From a virus (Duplodnaviria; Caudoviricetes), in IMG/VR virus record IMGVR_UViG_3300003937_000095, positions 1 to 37,250 of that record: a stretch of DNA of 37,250 nt; one strand, given 5' to 3'. Every line of letters begins with the position of its first letter. Within the stretch, counting starts at the first letter, position 1. Shown one piece after another: positions 1 to 9,504 of this stretch. The translations under genes were made by a program, and so were the position numbers. Under the pieces are notes generated by a model. That model worked only from the letters and a program-made list of their open reading frames with translations. It did not search any database and had not been told where the DNA came from.

Positions 1-736
1 TACTTGAATCGCTATCGGTAGAATTAGATGTTGTATAATTAGAAGCTGCGCTTGGATAATTTGCACTATACTGAACTCCAACTCTTAAATTAACAGCATT
101 AGGAACAGCTACATCATCACCTGAGACATCAATTACATTACCAATATATTCAGACGCAGATGAATTTACTCCATTTGAATCAGAACCAACTTCTGGGTTA
201 GATATTAAACATTTTCCTAATGTTGGAGAGTTTATATCTTGGTTTAAAGAAATCCAATTGTCTATTGCTGATGAATCTGCTCTTAAAGAATTAAAATACC
301 TATTAGGTATATATCCATACCATTTCCCACTTTGACCAAAAGAACCATCTCCTATTCTTAGTATTCCATCAGAAGAATAAAAAACAGGATCATTTGTGTC
401 TAAAGATATTTCTGCGGTACTCCAACCACCACTATCTTTTACATCAAAACTATTACCACCATCATCATAAACAATAATTAAAGATTCATTAGATAAAGCA
501 TTATTGCTTACTTTCCTATCAGAATCCATAACAAATAAACCTTTGTTATTTAATAGAGATATTGAATTTGATAAACTATTATTTAAAGAAGTTCTACCTA
601 AAGTCTTTATTCTTCCTAAATTAGTTATTTTAACATCTTTTATATCGGAAGACTGAATTTCAGAAATGTCTCTAGGGTCTGCGTTTGTATTTAATCCACC
701 ATGAAACCCTTCTATCTTAAAGGTTTGTTTAGGCAT
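1..736 (-). CDS. Tail/stabilisation (tail tubular/nozzle-like) protein, runs off the left edge
   Basis: Not in the ORF track. ATG at 736, open to position 1: MPKQTFKIEGFHGGLNTNADPRDI...; an N-terminal F-x-GGLN...D pattern is typical of podovirus tail stabilisation proteins; lies in the late arm. Confidence 0.6.
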   Translation of the reverse strand, partial: MPKQTFKIEGFHGGLNTNADPRDISEIQSSDIKDVKITNLGRIKTLGRTSLNNSLSNSISLLNNKGLFVMDSDRKVSNNALSNESLIIVYDDGGNSFDVKDSGGWSTAEISLDTNDPVFYSSDGILRIGDGSFGQSGKWYGYIPNRYFNSLRADSSAIDNWISLNQDINSPTLGKCLISNPEVGSDSNGVNSSASEYIGNVIDVSGDDVAVPNAVNLRVGVQYSANYPSAASNYTTSNSTDSDSS

Positions 737-977
737 TTGATTCTTCGTACTCTATATCTTCTATAATATATTGTTGAGCATTTTCTGGTAATTCACATAA
801 ACTGCAATCGGATTCAGAAAAATCTATTTCAGAATTAGAATCATGGTCAAAGACATCTAATCTTAAACCACCTTCTTTGCTTTCTAGTCTTTCAAAGTTA
901 TTGTCTATTCGTAGGTCTTCTTGGTATTGTTCCGATAAGGGACGAGCCTGTTCAATATACCTTTCCTTTTTTTGCAT
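729..977 (-). CDS. Small acidic hypothetical protein (CxxC); start uncertain
   Basis: ORF track 729..986; ATG at 977 has AAGGAG 8 nt upstream; overlaps the upstream ORF by ~70 nt. Confidence 0.45.
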   Translation of the reverse strand: MQKKERYIEQARPLSEQYQEDLRIDNNFERLESKEGGLRLDVFDHDSNSEIDFSESDCSLCELPENAQQYIIEDIEYEESNA

Positions 978-1087
978 CCTCCACACTCCTTTATTTTACC
1001 ACGACTAACAGTTTGTATAATTTTACCAACTGTGTCGCCTAATCCTTTATCGTTACCAAATAAATCTACTTTAATTCTTTTAGACAT
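905..1087 (-). CDS. Small basic protein (GLGDTV...CGGCKKR)
   Basis: ORF track; TAATG-coupled to the upstream ORF. Confidence 0.75.
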   Translation of the reverse strand: MSKRIKVDLFGNDKGLGDTVGKIIQTVSRGKIKECGGCKKRKGILNRLVPYRNNTKKTYE

Positions 1088-1239
1088 TAGTAAGAAGATT
1101 TCATCATTCTAGATGGCATAGATTCACTTTTCTTCATTTTTTTACCCATTTTTTTAGGGCCATAATTCATACACTCTGCCATAGTTTTATATTTCTTTCC
1201 TTTACCTACCATTAATTTACAAGCTGCTTTACCCGGCAT
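1087..1239 (-). CDS. 50-aa Lys/Met-rich protein
   Basis: Read manually: MPGKAACKLMVGKGKKYKTMAECMNYGPKKMGKKMKKSESMPSRMMKSSY*; fills the gap exactly and its stop overlaps the next ATG. Confidence 0.7.
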   Translation of the reverse strand: MPGKAACKLMVGKGKKYKTMAECMNYGPKKMGKKMKKSESMPSRMMKSSY

Positions 1240-1242
1240 AAT

Positions 1243-1518
1243 TTACCCCTTTTTTCTTTTTTGTGTTCTATCAAGTATACTATCTCTTGATTTTAAACCT
1301 TGTTGTTTTGTTGTTTTACTTCTAATAGAATGCATAACTTTACATTGTCTTCTATCGCCATTTGTTTTAGCTTTTTTCATACAATCTATTAATCTTTCTG
1401 ATGCACTACCTTTTGATTTTTTCATATTATATTTCCTTCTTGTTCCTCCAGTTTTAAGAACTTTTCCTCTACCTGTGTCTGGAGATGATACATCAGATAA
1501 TCCAAATACGTCAGCCAT
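1243..1518 (-). CDS. Small basic protein
   Basis: ORF track 1243..1527; ATG at 1518 (MADVFG) is TAATG-coupled to the upstream stop. Confidence 0.7.
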   Translation of the reverse strand: MADVFGLSDVSSPDTGRGKVLKTGGTRRKYNMKKSKGSASERLIDCMKKAKTNGDRRQCKVMHSIRSKTTKQQGLKSRDSILDRTQKRKKG

Positions 1519-1712
1519 TATTTCCAACTAATTCTTTTAGTGCTCGTTTTCTTTTTCATTGCAGAAGTACATTGAGACATTGTAGGTCTACAAGCTGGGT
1601 ATCCTTTTCGTTTTTCACCTTTACGTCTACCACAAGGTTTTCCTGTTTTACAATCTACCCAGCCTTTACCTTGATTGCGAGAAAACCATTTTTTTAATCC
1701 TTCTTTTGCCAT
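1518..1712 (-). CDS. Small basic Cys-containing phage protein (GLKKWF...WVDCKTGKPCGR...YPACRP)
   Basis: ORF track 1518..1739; TAATG-coupled ATG at 1712; motif resembles small basic proteins common in aquatic phages. Confidence 0.75.
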   Translation of the reverse strand: MAKEGLKKWFSRNQGKGWVDCKTGKPCGRRKGEKRKGYPACRPTMSQCTSAMKKKTSTKRISWK

Positions 1713-1993
1713 TATTTCTTTTTTACACCAGTAATACAAAATCCTTTTTTATAAACTCCACCTTTTTTATTACAAGCAGATTTAGCTTTTATTGTTTTAC
1801 CAACTTTTACAGCTCCCTTTGCAATTTCAGCTGCAGTTAAAACTGCTCCAATTGGAGGTATAGCTTTTTTTAAAAGAGATTTACCTGCTTTTTTTGCAAC
1901 TTTTTTCATAACTCCTTGTTTTATAGATCTTGGAATGGCTTTTTTCCCTTTATCAAATTTTTTCATTCTATGACCTTTTGGCTTGTTTTTCAT
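1712..1993 (-). CDS. Lys-rich protein with a central hydrophobic stretch
   Basis: ORF track; ATGA-coupled to the upstream ORF. Confidence 0.7.
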   Translation of the reverse strand: MKNKPKGHRMKKFDKGKKAIPRSIKQGVMKKVAKKAGKSLLKKAIPPIGAVLTAAEIAKGAVKVGKTIKAKSACNKKGGVYKKGFCITGVKKK

Positions 1994-2136
1994 TTTTGTT
2001 TTCCTTTTTTCTTTGAGTTACCCCAATTAGCAGCTCCAACTTTACGACATTTAACTAATGCCCCTGAAGCATATGCTGATGGCCAGACTTTATATCTAGC
2101 TTTTACTTTATGATAACAAGCATCTTTTTTAGACAT
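1990..2136 (-). CDS. 48-aa basic protein (DACYHKVKARYKVWPSAYASGALVKCRK)
   Basis: Read manually; fills the gap exactly; the W/F-PSAYAS motif is seen in aquatic phage small basic proteins. Confidence 0.8.
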   Translation of the reverse strand: MSKKDACYHKVKARYKVWPSAYASGALVKCRKVGAANWGNSKKKGKQK

Positions 2137-2418
2137 TTAACATTTCCACCTTCTCCTAGCTGCGCAGATTCTTTTTTTAGGTGTCTTTGAGCAACTTATT
2201 CCATGCATTCTCATTTGACCCTCTGATCTACTACAATAGGATTTTCTTCTTTTAGCAGATTTACTTCCCGGTTTTACCTTACCAGTTACTGCTGTTTTTA
2301 ATTTAGAACCCGGATTCATTCTTCTGTAAGCACTAACACCAGCGGATGTCATTCCCGCTCCAGATTTAGTAGAGCGAAAATTCTTTTTATTTTTTGCTGG
2401 CATTTTACCTTTAGACAT
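2137..2418 (-). CDS. Small basic protein (GMT..GV..YRR.NPGSKLKTAVT...RRKSYCSR...RRRWKC)
   Basis: ORF track; motif resembles a widespread marine phage protein family of unknown function. Confidence 0.8.
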   Translation of the reverse strand: MSKGKMPAKNKKNFRSTKSGAGMTSAGVSAYRRMNPGSKLKTAVTGKVKPGSKSAKRRKSYCSRSEGQMRMHGISCSKTPKKRICAARRRWKC

Positions 2419-2419
2419 T

Positions 2420-2578
2420 TTACAATCCCATCCTTACTAATACTTTTTCCAACTTACTTCTTAAATCAGTTATTTCTGAATAAAGAAATTTAATATGTTT
2501 ATCTGAATTAGAACTTTTTGATTTAGAATTTAAAACTACTTTTTTATCGCCTACTTTAATTTCTTTTTTATTAGCCAT
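2420..2578 (-). CDS. 52-aa hypothetical protein
   Basis: Read manually: MANKKEIKVGDKKVV...LEKVLVRMGL*; fills the gap between its neighbours. Confidence 0.65.
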   Translation of the reverse strand: MANKKEIKVGDKKVVLNSKSKSSNSDKHIKFLYSEITDLRSKLEKVLVRMGL

Positions 2579-2579
2579 T

Positions 2580-2954
2580 TTATTTGCCTTTAATCATTCC
2601 AACTACTAACGATTGAATTACTTCTACTAGTTCCTTAAACATCTTACCTTCTTTTTCTTCACTAACAAAAGGTATGTTTATTTTATCATTTAAAAGTTCT
2701 GCAAGTTTATCTGAAAAATCATCTGAAGCAATATGCCCAACTGCTTGGTCTTGCATTTTATCAGCTTGTTCTTCTGCTAATTTTACTAACATTGATTTAA
2801 TGTCCATTACGACTCCTTTGTTTTTTTTAATTTTATAATATAAATATATAATATTCATTATTCCAATTATAATACCCAATACATATGGAAGTAAGTCCAT
2901 AAATAACAATGCCCCACTTCCAACACTTCCAAGAGAAACTTTTAAACTATCCAT
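2580..2954 (-). CDS. Membrane (holin-like) N-terminus plus soluble helical part; probably two genes fused across an A8 run
   Basis: TM segment LLPYVLGIIIGIMNIIYLYY; internal AAGGAG and TAATG at 2805-2809. Confidence 0.6.
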   Translation of the reverse strand: MDSLKVSLGSVGSGALLFMDLLPYVLGIIIGIMNIIYLYYKIKKNKGVVMDIKSMLVKLAEEQADKMQDQAVGHIASDDFSDKLAELLNDKINIPFVSEEKEGKMFKELVEVIQSLVVGMIKGK

Positions 2955-3175
2955 TAGTTTACACTATCCGATTGATCTTTTGAACCTTGGCCGTTATTAA
3001 ACCAAGATATTTCTTTATTTTCATCTTTGTATTGTTGTTTCATTTGATTATTAATAACAATAGAATATAGCAAATCTAAATGTTTAATTAAAGAGTTTAC
3101 TACAGGCATCTCTACAACAATTTTTTTCTCTTCCTGTTTACTTTGATGATGATTATATATGTCTGCTAATTTCAT
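2954..3175 (-). CDS. Hypothetical protein
   Basis: ORF track; TAATG-coupled on both sides. Confidence 0.7.
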   Translation of the reverse strand: MKLADIYNHHQSKQEEKKIVVEMPVVNSLIKHLDLLYSIVINNQMKQQYKDENKEISWFNNGQGSKDQSDSVN

Positions 3176-3498
3176 TATCTACCACCATTCCCATTCATTC
3201 TTGACATTATGCCATCCATCCTCGAGAGTTGTTTTTCTAAATCAGATACAGCTTCCATCATCTGCTCATATCTTCTATCTCTAACAGCGTCTGATTCATT
3301 CCACCTACTAATTAATTTGATTATCATTCCTTCCATGTTGTTAATACTTTCAGATTGACCTTTATTTTCTATTTCTAAATTTTTTAATGATTCTTGCTGA
3401 GCTGTTGATTGTTTTGACAAAGATATAACAAGGTACATAAACATAATACCTACTACGCCTATCATTCCTGCTTCCCCATACACTGCCATAAAATCCAT
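3175..3498 (-). CDS. N-terminal TM plus coiled-coil protein (holin/spanin-like)
   Basis: GMIGVVGIMFMYLVISL followed by a heptad-like region. Confidence 0.6.
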   Translation of the reverse strand: MDFMAVYGEAGMIGVVGIMFMYLVISLSKQSTAQQESLKNLEIENKGQSESINNMEGMIIKLISRWNESDAVRDRRYEQMMEAVSDLEKQLSRMDGIMSRMNGNGGR

Positions 3499-3821
3499 TA
3501 TTTACTCCGCTTTTTTTTACCCCAACTCATTGGATTGAGGTTTATTTCTTTTTCATAAAACTTTACTTTTTCTGCCAACTCTTCTCGCTCAATCCTTTCT
3601 TCCAAGATATGTTTACTAAGTAAATTCCCAATGCGTTTATCTGCATCAGCAAAATTAGTTTCAAGTGTTCCCAGTCTAGTCTCAATCCTATAGTAACCAT
3701 AGACGAGAGTACCAACAAGGATAAGAATTTGTCCAAACCACTTAAGGTTAATACTGACAACAGCATTGTCATCCACAATACCACCTCTATAACTTCTAGC
3801 AGTTTTGACTTCTTCACTCAT
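3498..3821 (-). CDS. Single-TM plus coiled-coil protein (inner-membrane spanin-like)
   Basis: ORF track 3498..3842; ATG at 3821 is ATGA-coupled; TM segment WFGQILILVGTLVYGYY. Confidence 0.55.
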   Translation of the reverse strand: MSEEVKTARSYRGGIVDDNAVVSINLKWFGQILILVGTLVYGYYRIETRLGTLETNFADADKRIGNLLSKHILEERIEREELAEKVKFYEKEINLNPMSWGKKKRSK

Positions 3822-4060
3822 TTCTTCCTTACTATTTCCCATTGATTATGAGTAAAGCACCACATATCTTTATCAAATCTAACATGATCTGAAAAAAAAT
3901 GAGATGTAGAATCTTGATCTACTACTTCAACAAATGTATACATAGAGTCTTCTGGACTTAATTCAAAGTTTCCAATTGACCATCCATTAGAACAACTACT
4001 TAACATAAGTGTAGTAAACATTAATATTATAACTCGTGCTAACAACTTCAAAGTCTCCAT
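3818..4060 (-). CDS. Lipoprotein (possible outer-membrane spanin)
   Basis: Signal peptide with lipobox-like LMLSS|C. Confidence 0.6.
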   Translation of the reverse strand: METLKLLARVIILMFTTLMLSSCSNGWSIGNFELSPEDSMYTFVEVVDQDSTSHFFSDHVRFDKDMWCFTHNQWEIVRKK

Positions 4061-4084
4061 TTTTTAATTTTATTATTGTATTAT

Positions 4085-4375
4085 TCATAATTTTGTTATT
4101 ACATGGTTTACTAGTTTATGCTTACCAATAATTACTCTACCATTACTAGTGGTATGTTTATCTTCACACTTACTAACATATAATTCTTCTATTGTTTCCC
4201 AACTATTACTTCTTCTTTCTACTTCGCCATCTATAGTTAAGAAGTATTTATATGATGAAGGGTATGTCAGGGTCTCAGTTGTACCATCTGGGTAACTCTT
4301 TGTACGAGTAGCACCGGGAGTAGTATTCCTGTATACCTTAATATCATGACCCTGAGCACACCTTCGAATCAACAT
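4085..4375 (-). CDS. Hypothetical protein
   Basis: ORF track; TAATG-coupled. Confidence 0.7.
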   Translation of the reverse strand: MLIRRCAQGHDIKVYRNTTPGATRTKSYPDGTTETLTYPSSYKYFLTIDGEVERRSNSWETIEELYVSKCEDKHTTSNGRVIIGKHKLVNHVITKL

Positions 4376-4599
4376 TAAGCTACTTCTACCTCTTCAGGTT
4401 TAGCTAATGATTCTCTAAGCATATTAATGAACGCTTCTTTGCCTACAGATAATTGGTCAGCCATAAACTGATTGCTGTTCTGTTTGTTCTGAATGTCGTT
4501 AATATGATTTACCATCATCTTTTGCTCATCAGTCATATCCTCAATGATATACTCTTTATCATCTAGGTTCAAGACTGGCTTCTTTTCTTTTTTTGCCAT
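4375..4599 (-). CDS. Small coiled-coil protein, tail-fibre associated
   Basis: ORF track; AAGGAG SD; lies downstream of the fibre gene. Confidence 0.7.
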   Translation of the reverse strand: MAKKEKKPVLNLDDKEYIIEDMTDEQKMMVNHINDIQNKQNSNQFMADQLSVGKEAFINMLRESLAKPEEVEVA

Positions 4600-4616
4600 T
4601 ATTGACTCCTTGTTAA

Positions 4617-4853
4617 TTAAAGTTTACTTGCTTCGTATGATTTTTTTATCTCATCTGTCCATAAAGCACCAGCTAGTGCCTTTAATTCATCGGACTCTGC
4701 ACTTACATCAGCATCGCACATAAACGATTCTACACGATGAGAAGTAGATACTTCTACATTGTCTTCTAATATAAACAATCTAATTCGTTTTAGTATTGTT
4801 TTGAACTCTCCACGAATTTCATACTCGATTGTTTCTTTTTTTGATAAAGCCAT
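4617..4853 (-). CDS. Putative tail fibre assembly/accessory protein
   Basis: Immediately downstream of the fibre; ...ILEDNVEVSTSHR...DVSAES...ALWT pattern recurs next to marine phage fibres. Confidence 0.6.
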   Translation of the reverse strand: MALSKKETIEYEIRGEFKTILKRIRLFILEDNVEVSTSHRVESFMCDADVSAESDELKALAGALWTDEIKKSYEASKL

Positions 4854-4870
4854 TTTTTAATCCTTATTTA

Positions 4871-7800
4871 TTATAATTCGTATGGTTGTGAATTTCCCAT
4901 TCCTGAAATATGATAGTAGACTGTCGCATCTACACCATCAACTTTGACTCTTAATGCACGATTACTATTCTGATAAGTAACAGTAATATTTGTTAAGCTT
5001 CCGTTAATTTTTTGAAGAGTTTCAGTTGCAGTTGAAGCTCCATAGACCGTCTGCATATGTCCCCAATATTGACCTTGACTAGCGTTAGCTGAAAAACACC
5101 ACAAAGTAATAGAATAATTATTAGAGTGGTCTACATATAGTAAATCTGTAGTTACTCCATCACTTACAGCCTTTGAACCATTTAACTCATAAAATTTATT
5201 TGTAGAATTTTCAATACGCTCAGTTACTACTCCAGCAGTATTTACTTTTCCTGTAAATGAAGCTAGTGCATTACTTCCACCAATAGTTAAGTAGTCTGCA
5301 AATGAACCTGAATCCTTAGACTTTATTTTAAAGAATCCATCTGTCGATGATGTAATTTGCCAATTGTCTGCATTATTATCTGCATTATCAGCTTGCAATT
5401 CAATGATTGCTGGTTGGTCATTTCTTGCTTTAAGTGTAATATTTTCTCTTAAATAATTTGCAGTTACATCTGCATTACCTAGAGTTACTGAGTTATCTGC
5501 TACACCAATTGCACCAAATCCTATTGTTGTTTGGTTCTCCCCACTATTTGCAGAAGCATCCGTACCAGCCCCAAGAAAAGTATTAAATTTTCCTGTTGTT
5601 AAAGCATTTCCAGCCTGAGTTCCTAAAGCGGTATTGCCAGTTGTTGTTCCAGCACCATTTGAACCACCAGCGTTTGCGATTTTAAGAGCATCATAACCTA
5701 TTGCTGTATTGCTCGTACCTTCAATTTCAGCTCCTAAAGCACTTGAACCTAAAATTACATTTTCTCCTCCTACAGTTAAAGCATCACCAGCTTGGTATCC
5801 GACTGCCGTATTACCAGCACCTGAAGTCAAAACTGAAAGTGCAGAAGAACCAATAGCTACAGTTCCATCAGCAGCGGCAGTCATTGCCCCAGAACCAGCA
5901 GCATTATATCCTACGCAGACTGTGTTATCTGGCAATAATGAACTATATCCAGCGTAAGTACCTACCATCGTATTTTGAAATCCAGATGTTAATGCAGTTC
6001 CAGCATAGTATCCAATACCAGTATTACTGTTCCCTGTAGCAAGTTCTAATGCTTCATAGCCTACTGCTGTGCTGAATGTACCACTACTAATAGTTTTTAA
6101 TGCTTGAAAACCTACTGATGTATTACCAGAGCCTGACGTCAAAGATGAAAGCGAGTAATAGCCTATTGCCGTACTTCCTACAGCACCACCATTATTTACC
6201 GCTGTAAGTGCATTATGTCCAAGACCTACACACGCCCAAACTCCAGCACCCCCAACATCATCCAATACATAATTTCCTATAGCTATATTCGCATCTATAT
6301 CTGCGTCATTGGCAGTCTGTAAAGCCTCAAATCCTATTGCTATATTCTCTTGACCTCTAGCATTTAAAGTTGATAGAGCGTAATTACCTATTGCTATATT
6401 TCTATGGGCTTGACTTTCAGCACTAGCAGTTAATGACTGATAGCCTATTGCTATATTATCATCACCAGTTGTATTCTGTGCTAAAGATTGAAAACCTAAA
6501 GCATTGTTTCTTTGACCAGTTGTATTTTTCCATAACGCAGTATTACCAATTGCAATAGTTCCAGTTTGAGCATTGCCAGCAGTTGAGCTCATTGCATGTT
6601 GACCAATAACAACTACTCCAGTCATTGCAGCTGCTCCACCAGTTCCAGCAGTTGCTCCAATTATAACATTACCATCAGAACTAGCATGGTTAATACTTAT
6701 ACCAGCTTCCGAACCAATGACTACATTACCAGACTCGCCATTATCTGCACCTCTTAAAGCTTTATAACCTAATGAAACATTATTAGTACCATCTGTTTGA
6801 TAAAGTTGAGATTCATAACCTATTGCTACATTTTTTTCACTTGAAGTCAAGGATGAAAGTGCATTTTGCCCTATTGCAATTTGTCCTACAGAACCATTTG
6901 TATTAGTAGCATCCATAGCTCTATCACCAATAGCTATGTTACCTGTAAAATCTGCTCCTAGAGTACCACCAGTTAATGCAAGAGAGCCAATGGCTATGTT
7001 TTTACTTGCATCATTTCCATTTTCTATTACATCTCTCATGGATTCCACGCCTATAGAAATGTTATTATCTTCACCAGCATTAGCAAACTTTAAACTTAAA
7101 GCACCTATAGCTACATTACTTCCACCGCTAGTAATATCAAACAATGATTGCATACCCACAGCAGTATTATAACTCCCTGTAACATCAATCATTGATTGTG
7201 AACCTACAGCAGTATTAGCTGTATCAGCATTGCCAACTCCCATTGCAGAATTTCCTATCGCAGTATTACTTGCTCCATTATCTGTTCCACTTAAAGCACT
7301 TTCTCCTACGGCAGTATTCTGAGTTCCTGTAGTAATAGCATCTCCACTTGCATAGCCTATTAGAGTATTTGAAGTTGCCCCACTAACAACTGAATTTCCC
7401 GCTAAGTAACCAAAAATTGTATTGTAAATATTTCCACTAGAATCATTATTACCTAGCGAGATTCTGGAGTTAGCATCAACTTTAAAAGTATATGAACCAC
7501 TACCATTTAAAAAACCTACAGATGAATCAGTAGCGTAAATATATCCATCAACTGTCCCACCTGAATCAACAAATTTTATTCCATTTTCAGCACCACTTGA
7601 AATCATCTGTAATTGTGAATAATTGCCACTAGTTATGGTTAAAGCTGAATTTGAACTATCTTGAATAATTTTTAAAGCAGTTGTACCAGTTGCACTTGCA
7701 TGGTCATTGTGTATTTCTACTAAATTTCTTGTTCCAGTATCGCTTGAATTAGAATAATTATACAACAATCCAGCAGTAGTATGAGCAGTTCCTTGTATAT

Positions 7801-8512
7801 CTACTGCCCAATCTCCTGTATTTGCTGCGTCTATATCTATAGCAGTATGAGCTGCATCTTGTCGAACCCGTAAAGCAGTAGTGCCTGAAGCTCCAGTATG
7901 GTCATTTGTAATCTCTACAAGATTTCTTGCACTTGTATTGCTTGAATCAGAATAAAACCGACCAACATTACCAGTAGTCAGAGAATTAGATTCTATATTT
8001 AAACCAATTCCGTCTGTTATAGCTGTTACTGAAGCAAGAGTACCACCAAATGTGGCGTTGCCTGACTCATCAATAGTAAAATGGTCTGTTGTACTTCTTC
8101 TAATTTTAAATTTATCTGAGTCTGAATTATCTATATAAGCAAACCAATCTGTTGCACCAGTTAAACTGAATTTTAAACTAGCATCACCAGCTCCATCATT
8201 TTCAATTACTATATTGTCATTTGTCCCAACTGTACTTGCATCATCTCTAAATGTTACTAATTGACCATTAACTATTTCATCGTAAGAATTAGTTGCTGAT
8301 CCATTAACAGTTAAGTCTCCTGTAATAGTTACGTCACCCGATATAGTACCACCTGCTAGTGAAACATTAAGTCTACTATTTGATGTATCTAAAGCTGCGT
8401 TGAGAGTTTCTTTTGATGTGGCTGCGTTTATGCCAATTGAATTACCCGAAGAGTCTGAATAAACTTTATTTAATACTTCTTGGGTTGTAAATTTTCTTAA
8501 GTTATCTGCCAT
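4871..8512 (-). CDS. Tail fibre/adhesin with a long array of N-x-A-I/V-G repeats (YadA-head/Hep_Hag-like beta-roll)
   Basis: 1213 aa, rich in G/S/N/A/T; dozens of ~14-16-aa NTAIG/NVAIG/NIAIG repeats. Confidence 0.85.
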   Translation of the reverse strand: MADNLRKFTTQEVLNKVYSDSSGNSIGINAATSKETLNAALDTSNSRLNVSLAGGTISGDVTITGDLTVNGSATNSYDEIVNGQLVTFRDDASTVGTNDNIVIENDGAGDASLKFSLTGATDWFAYIDNSDSDKFKIRRSTTDHFTIDESGNATFGGTLASVTAITDGIGLNIESNSLTTGNVGRFYSDSSNTSARNLVEITNDHTGASGTTALRVRQDAAHTAIDIDAANTGDWAVDIQGTAHTTAGLLYNYSNSSDTGTRNLVEIHNDHASATGTTALKIIQDSSNSALTITSGNYSQLQMISSGAENGIKFVDSGGTVDGYIYATDSSVGFLNGSGSYTFKVDANSRISLGNNDSSGNIYNTIFGYLAGNSVVSGATSNTLIGYASGDAITTGTQNTAVGESALSGTDNGASNTAIGNSAMGVGNADTANTAVGSQSMIDVTGSYNTAVGMQSLFDITSGGSNVAIGALSLKFANAGEDNNISIGVESMRDVIENGNDASKNIAIGSLALTGGTLGADFTGNIAIGDRAMDATNTNGSVGQIAIGQNALSSLTSSEKNVAIGYESQLYQTDGTNNVSLGYKALRGADNGESGNVVIGSEAGISINHASSDGNVIIGATAGTGGAAAMTGVVVIGQHAMSSTAGNAQTGTIAIGNTALWKNTTGQRNNALGFQSLAQNTTGDDNIAIGYQSLTASAESQAHRNIAIGNYALSTLNARGQENIAIGFEALQTANDADIDANIAIGNYVLDDVGGAGVWACVGLGHNALTAVNNGGAVGSTAIGYYSLSSLTSGSGNTSVGFQALKTISSGTFSTAVGYEALELATGNSNTGIGYYAGTALTSGFQNTMVGTYAGYSSLLPDNTVCVGYNAAGSGAMTAAADGTVAIGSSALSVLTSGAGNTAVGYQAGDALTVGGENVILGSSALGAEIEGTSNTAIGYDALKIANAGGSNGAGTTTGNTALGTQAGNALTTGKFNTFLGAGTDASANSGENQTTIGFGAIGVADNSVTLGNADVTANYLRENITLKARNDQPAIIELQADNADNNADNWQITSSTDGFFKIKSKDSGSFADYLTIGGSNALASFTGKVNTAGVVTERIENSTNKFYELNGSKAVSDGVTTDLLYVDHSNNYSITLWCFSANASQGQYWGHMQTVYGASTATETLQKINGSLTNITVTYQNSNRALRVKVDGVDATVYYHISGMGNSQPYEL

Positions 8513-8565
8513 AACTTGTACCTACTTATTGTCCACCACCACCGCTCGAATGAGCATTATTAAAA

Positions 8566-9504
8566 TTATTTTACTGCGTAAGCATTTATAGGAGAAGCAA
8601 CAGATATAATTCTTTTATTGCTTTCATTATCTGCTAATTTACTATAAAATTGTTTCATATAATATTCTTTTTTATCAATTTCGCCTCTTCTATCTGATAA
8701 CATTGCTTTGCAATAATCTACTACTGCTAGACTTAACATTTTATTTAAATTAATATGAGAAGTAGAATCAGGAGATGTAACTTCTTTAGGTATTTGTTGT
8801 ATAATAATTCTTTGCCCAGAAGTTTCGGCAGTTGGAATAGAAGAAACAATTAATGCATCTCCATTTGTAGAAATAGAAGATATTATATAATCGCCATCAT
8901 TACTTGAAGATCCTTTTAATCTTATTTTATCTGCAGCTGTAAAATCTGTAAATGTATTTGTTCCAGATGCTCCATTAAAAATAGATCCAGTAGAACTTTT
9001 AATTATTGCAGAAGAATTAGATTCAGTAGAAATAGATTCAGTAACTACAAGTTGATCTGTATTTACTCCTCCACTAGATATTGTAAAAGTACCATTATTT
9101 GAACTTGTCCCGCTAATTACAATTGATTGGCCATCGTAAAAATTAGCAGTAGTATCAATATCAGAACTATTAAAATTTATTCGTTTTCCACTTGAAGCAA
9201 AGCTAATATTACTTGAACCGGTATATATAGCAGTAGATGTATCTTGCATTTTGAAAGATGTGCTACTAGCATATGCTAATGTTGTTTCTAATGCTTCCGA
9301 TACAAAAGGTTCGCTTACTTTAGTATATTCTACTCGCAATCCATTTGCAATATCTTCGTCTGGATATACAAGTTCATTTTGATATTGTTGCAATACACCC
9401 GATTGAGTAATCCTATTTTCATTCCTACTTCCTAATAGTTTATATAAAAGAAGTTCTCTTCCTCTTAGGTAATAAAAATAATCTTTATCTACATAACTAC
9501 TCAT
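8566..9504 (-). CDS. Virion structural protein (adaptor/tail) with an inserted duplicated beta-rich domain
   Basis: Position in the neck region; two F..G..I.I.G(T/S)SSN.G.(F/Y).ISS repeats. Confidence 0.6.
   Translation of the reverse strand: MSSYVDKDYFYYLRGRELLLYKLLGSRNENRITQSGVLQQYQNELVYPDEDIANGLRVEYTKVSEPFVSEALETTLAYASSTSFKMQDTSTAIYTGSSNISFASSGKRINFNSSDIDTTANFYDGQSIVISGTSSNNGTFTISSGGVNTDQLVVTESISTESNSSAIIKSSTGSIFNGASGTNTFTDFTAADKIRLKGSSSNDGDYIISSISTNGDALIVSSIPTAETSGQRIIIQQIPKEVTSPDSTSHINLNKMLSLAVVDYCKAMLSDRRGEIDKKEYYMKQFYSKLADNESNKRIISVASPINAYAVK

Noticed and set aside
4871-8512. Diversity-generating retroelement target
   Set aside because: No reverse transcriptase and no template/variable repeat pair seen in the window.
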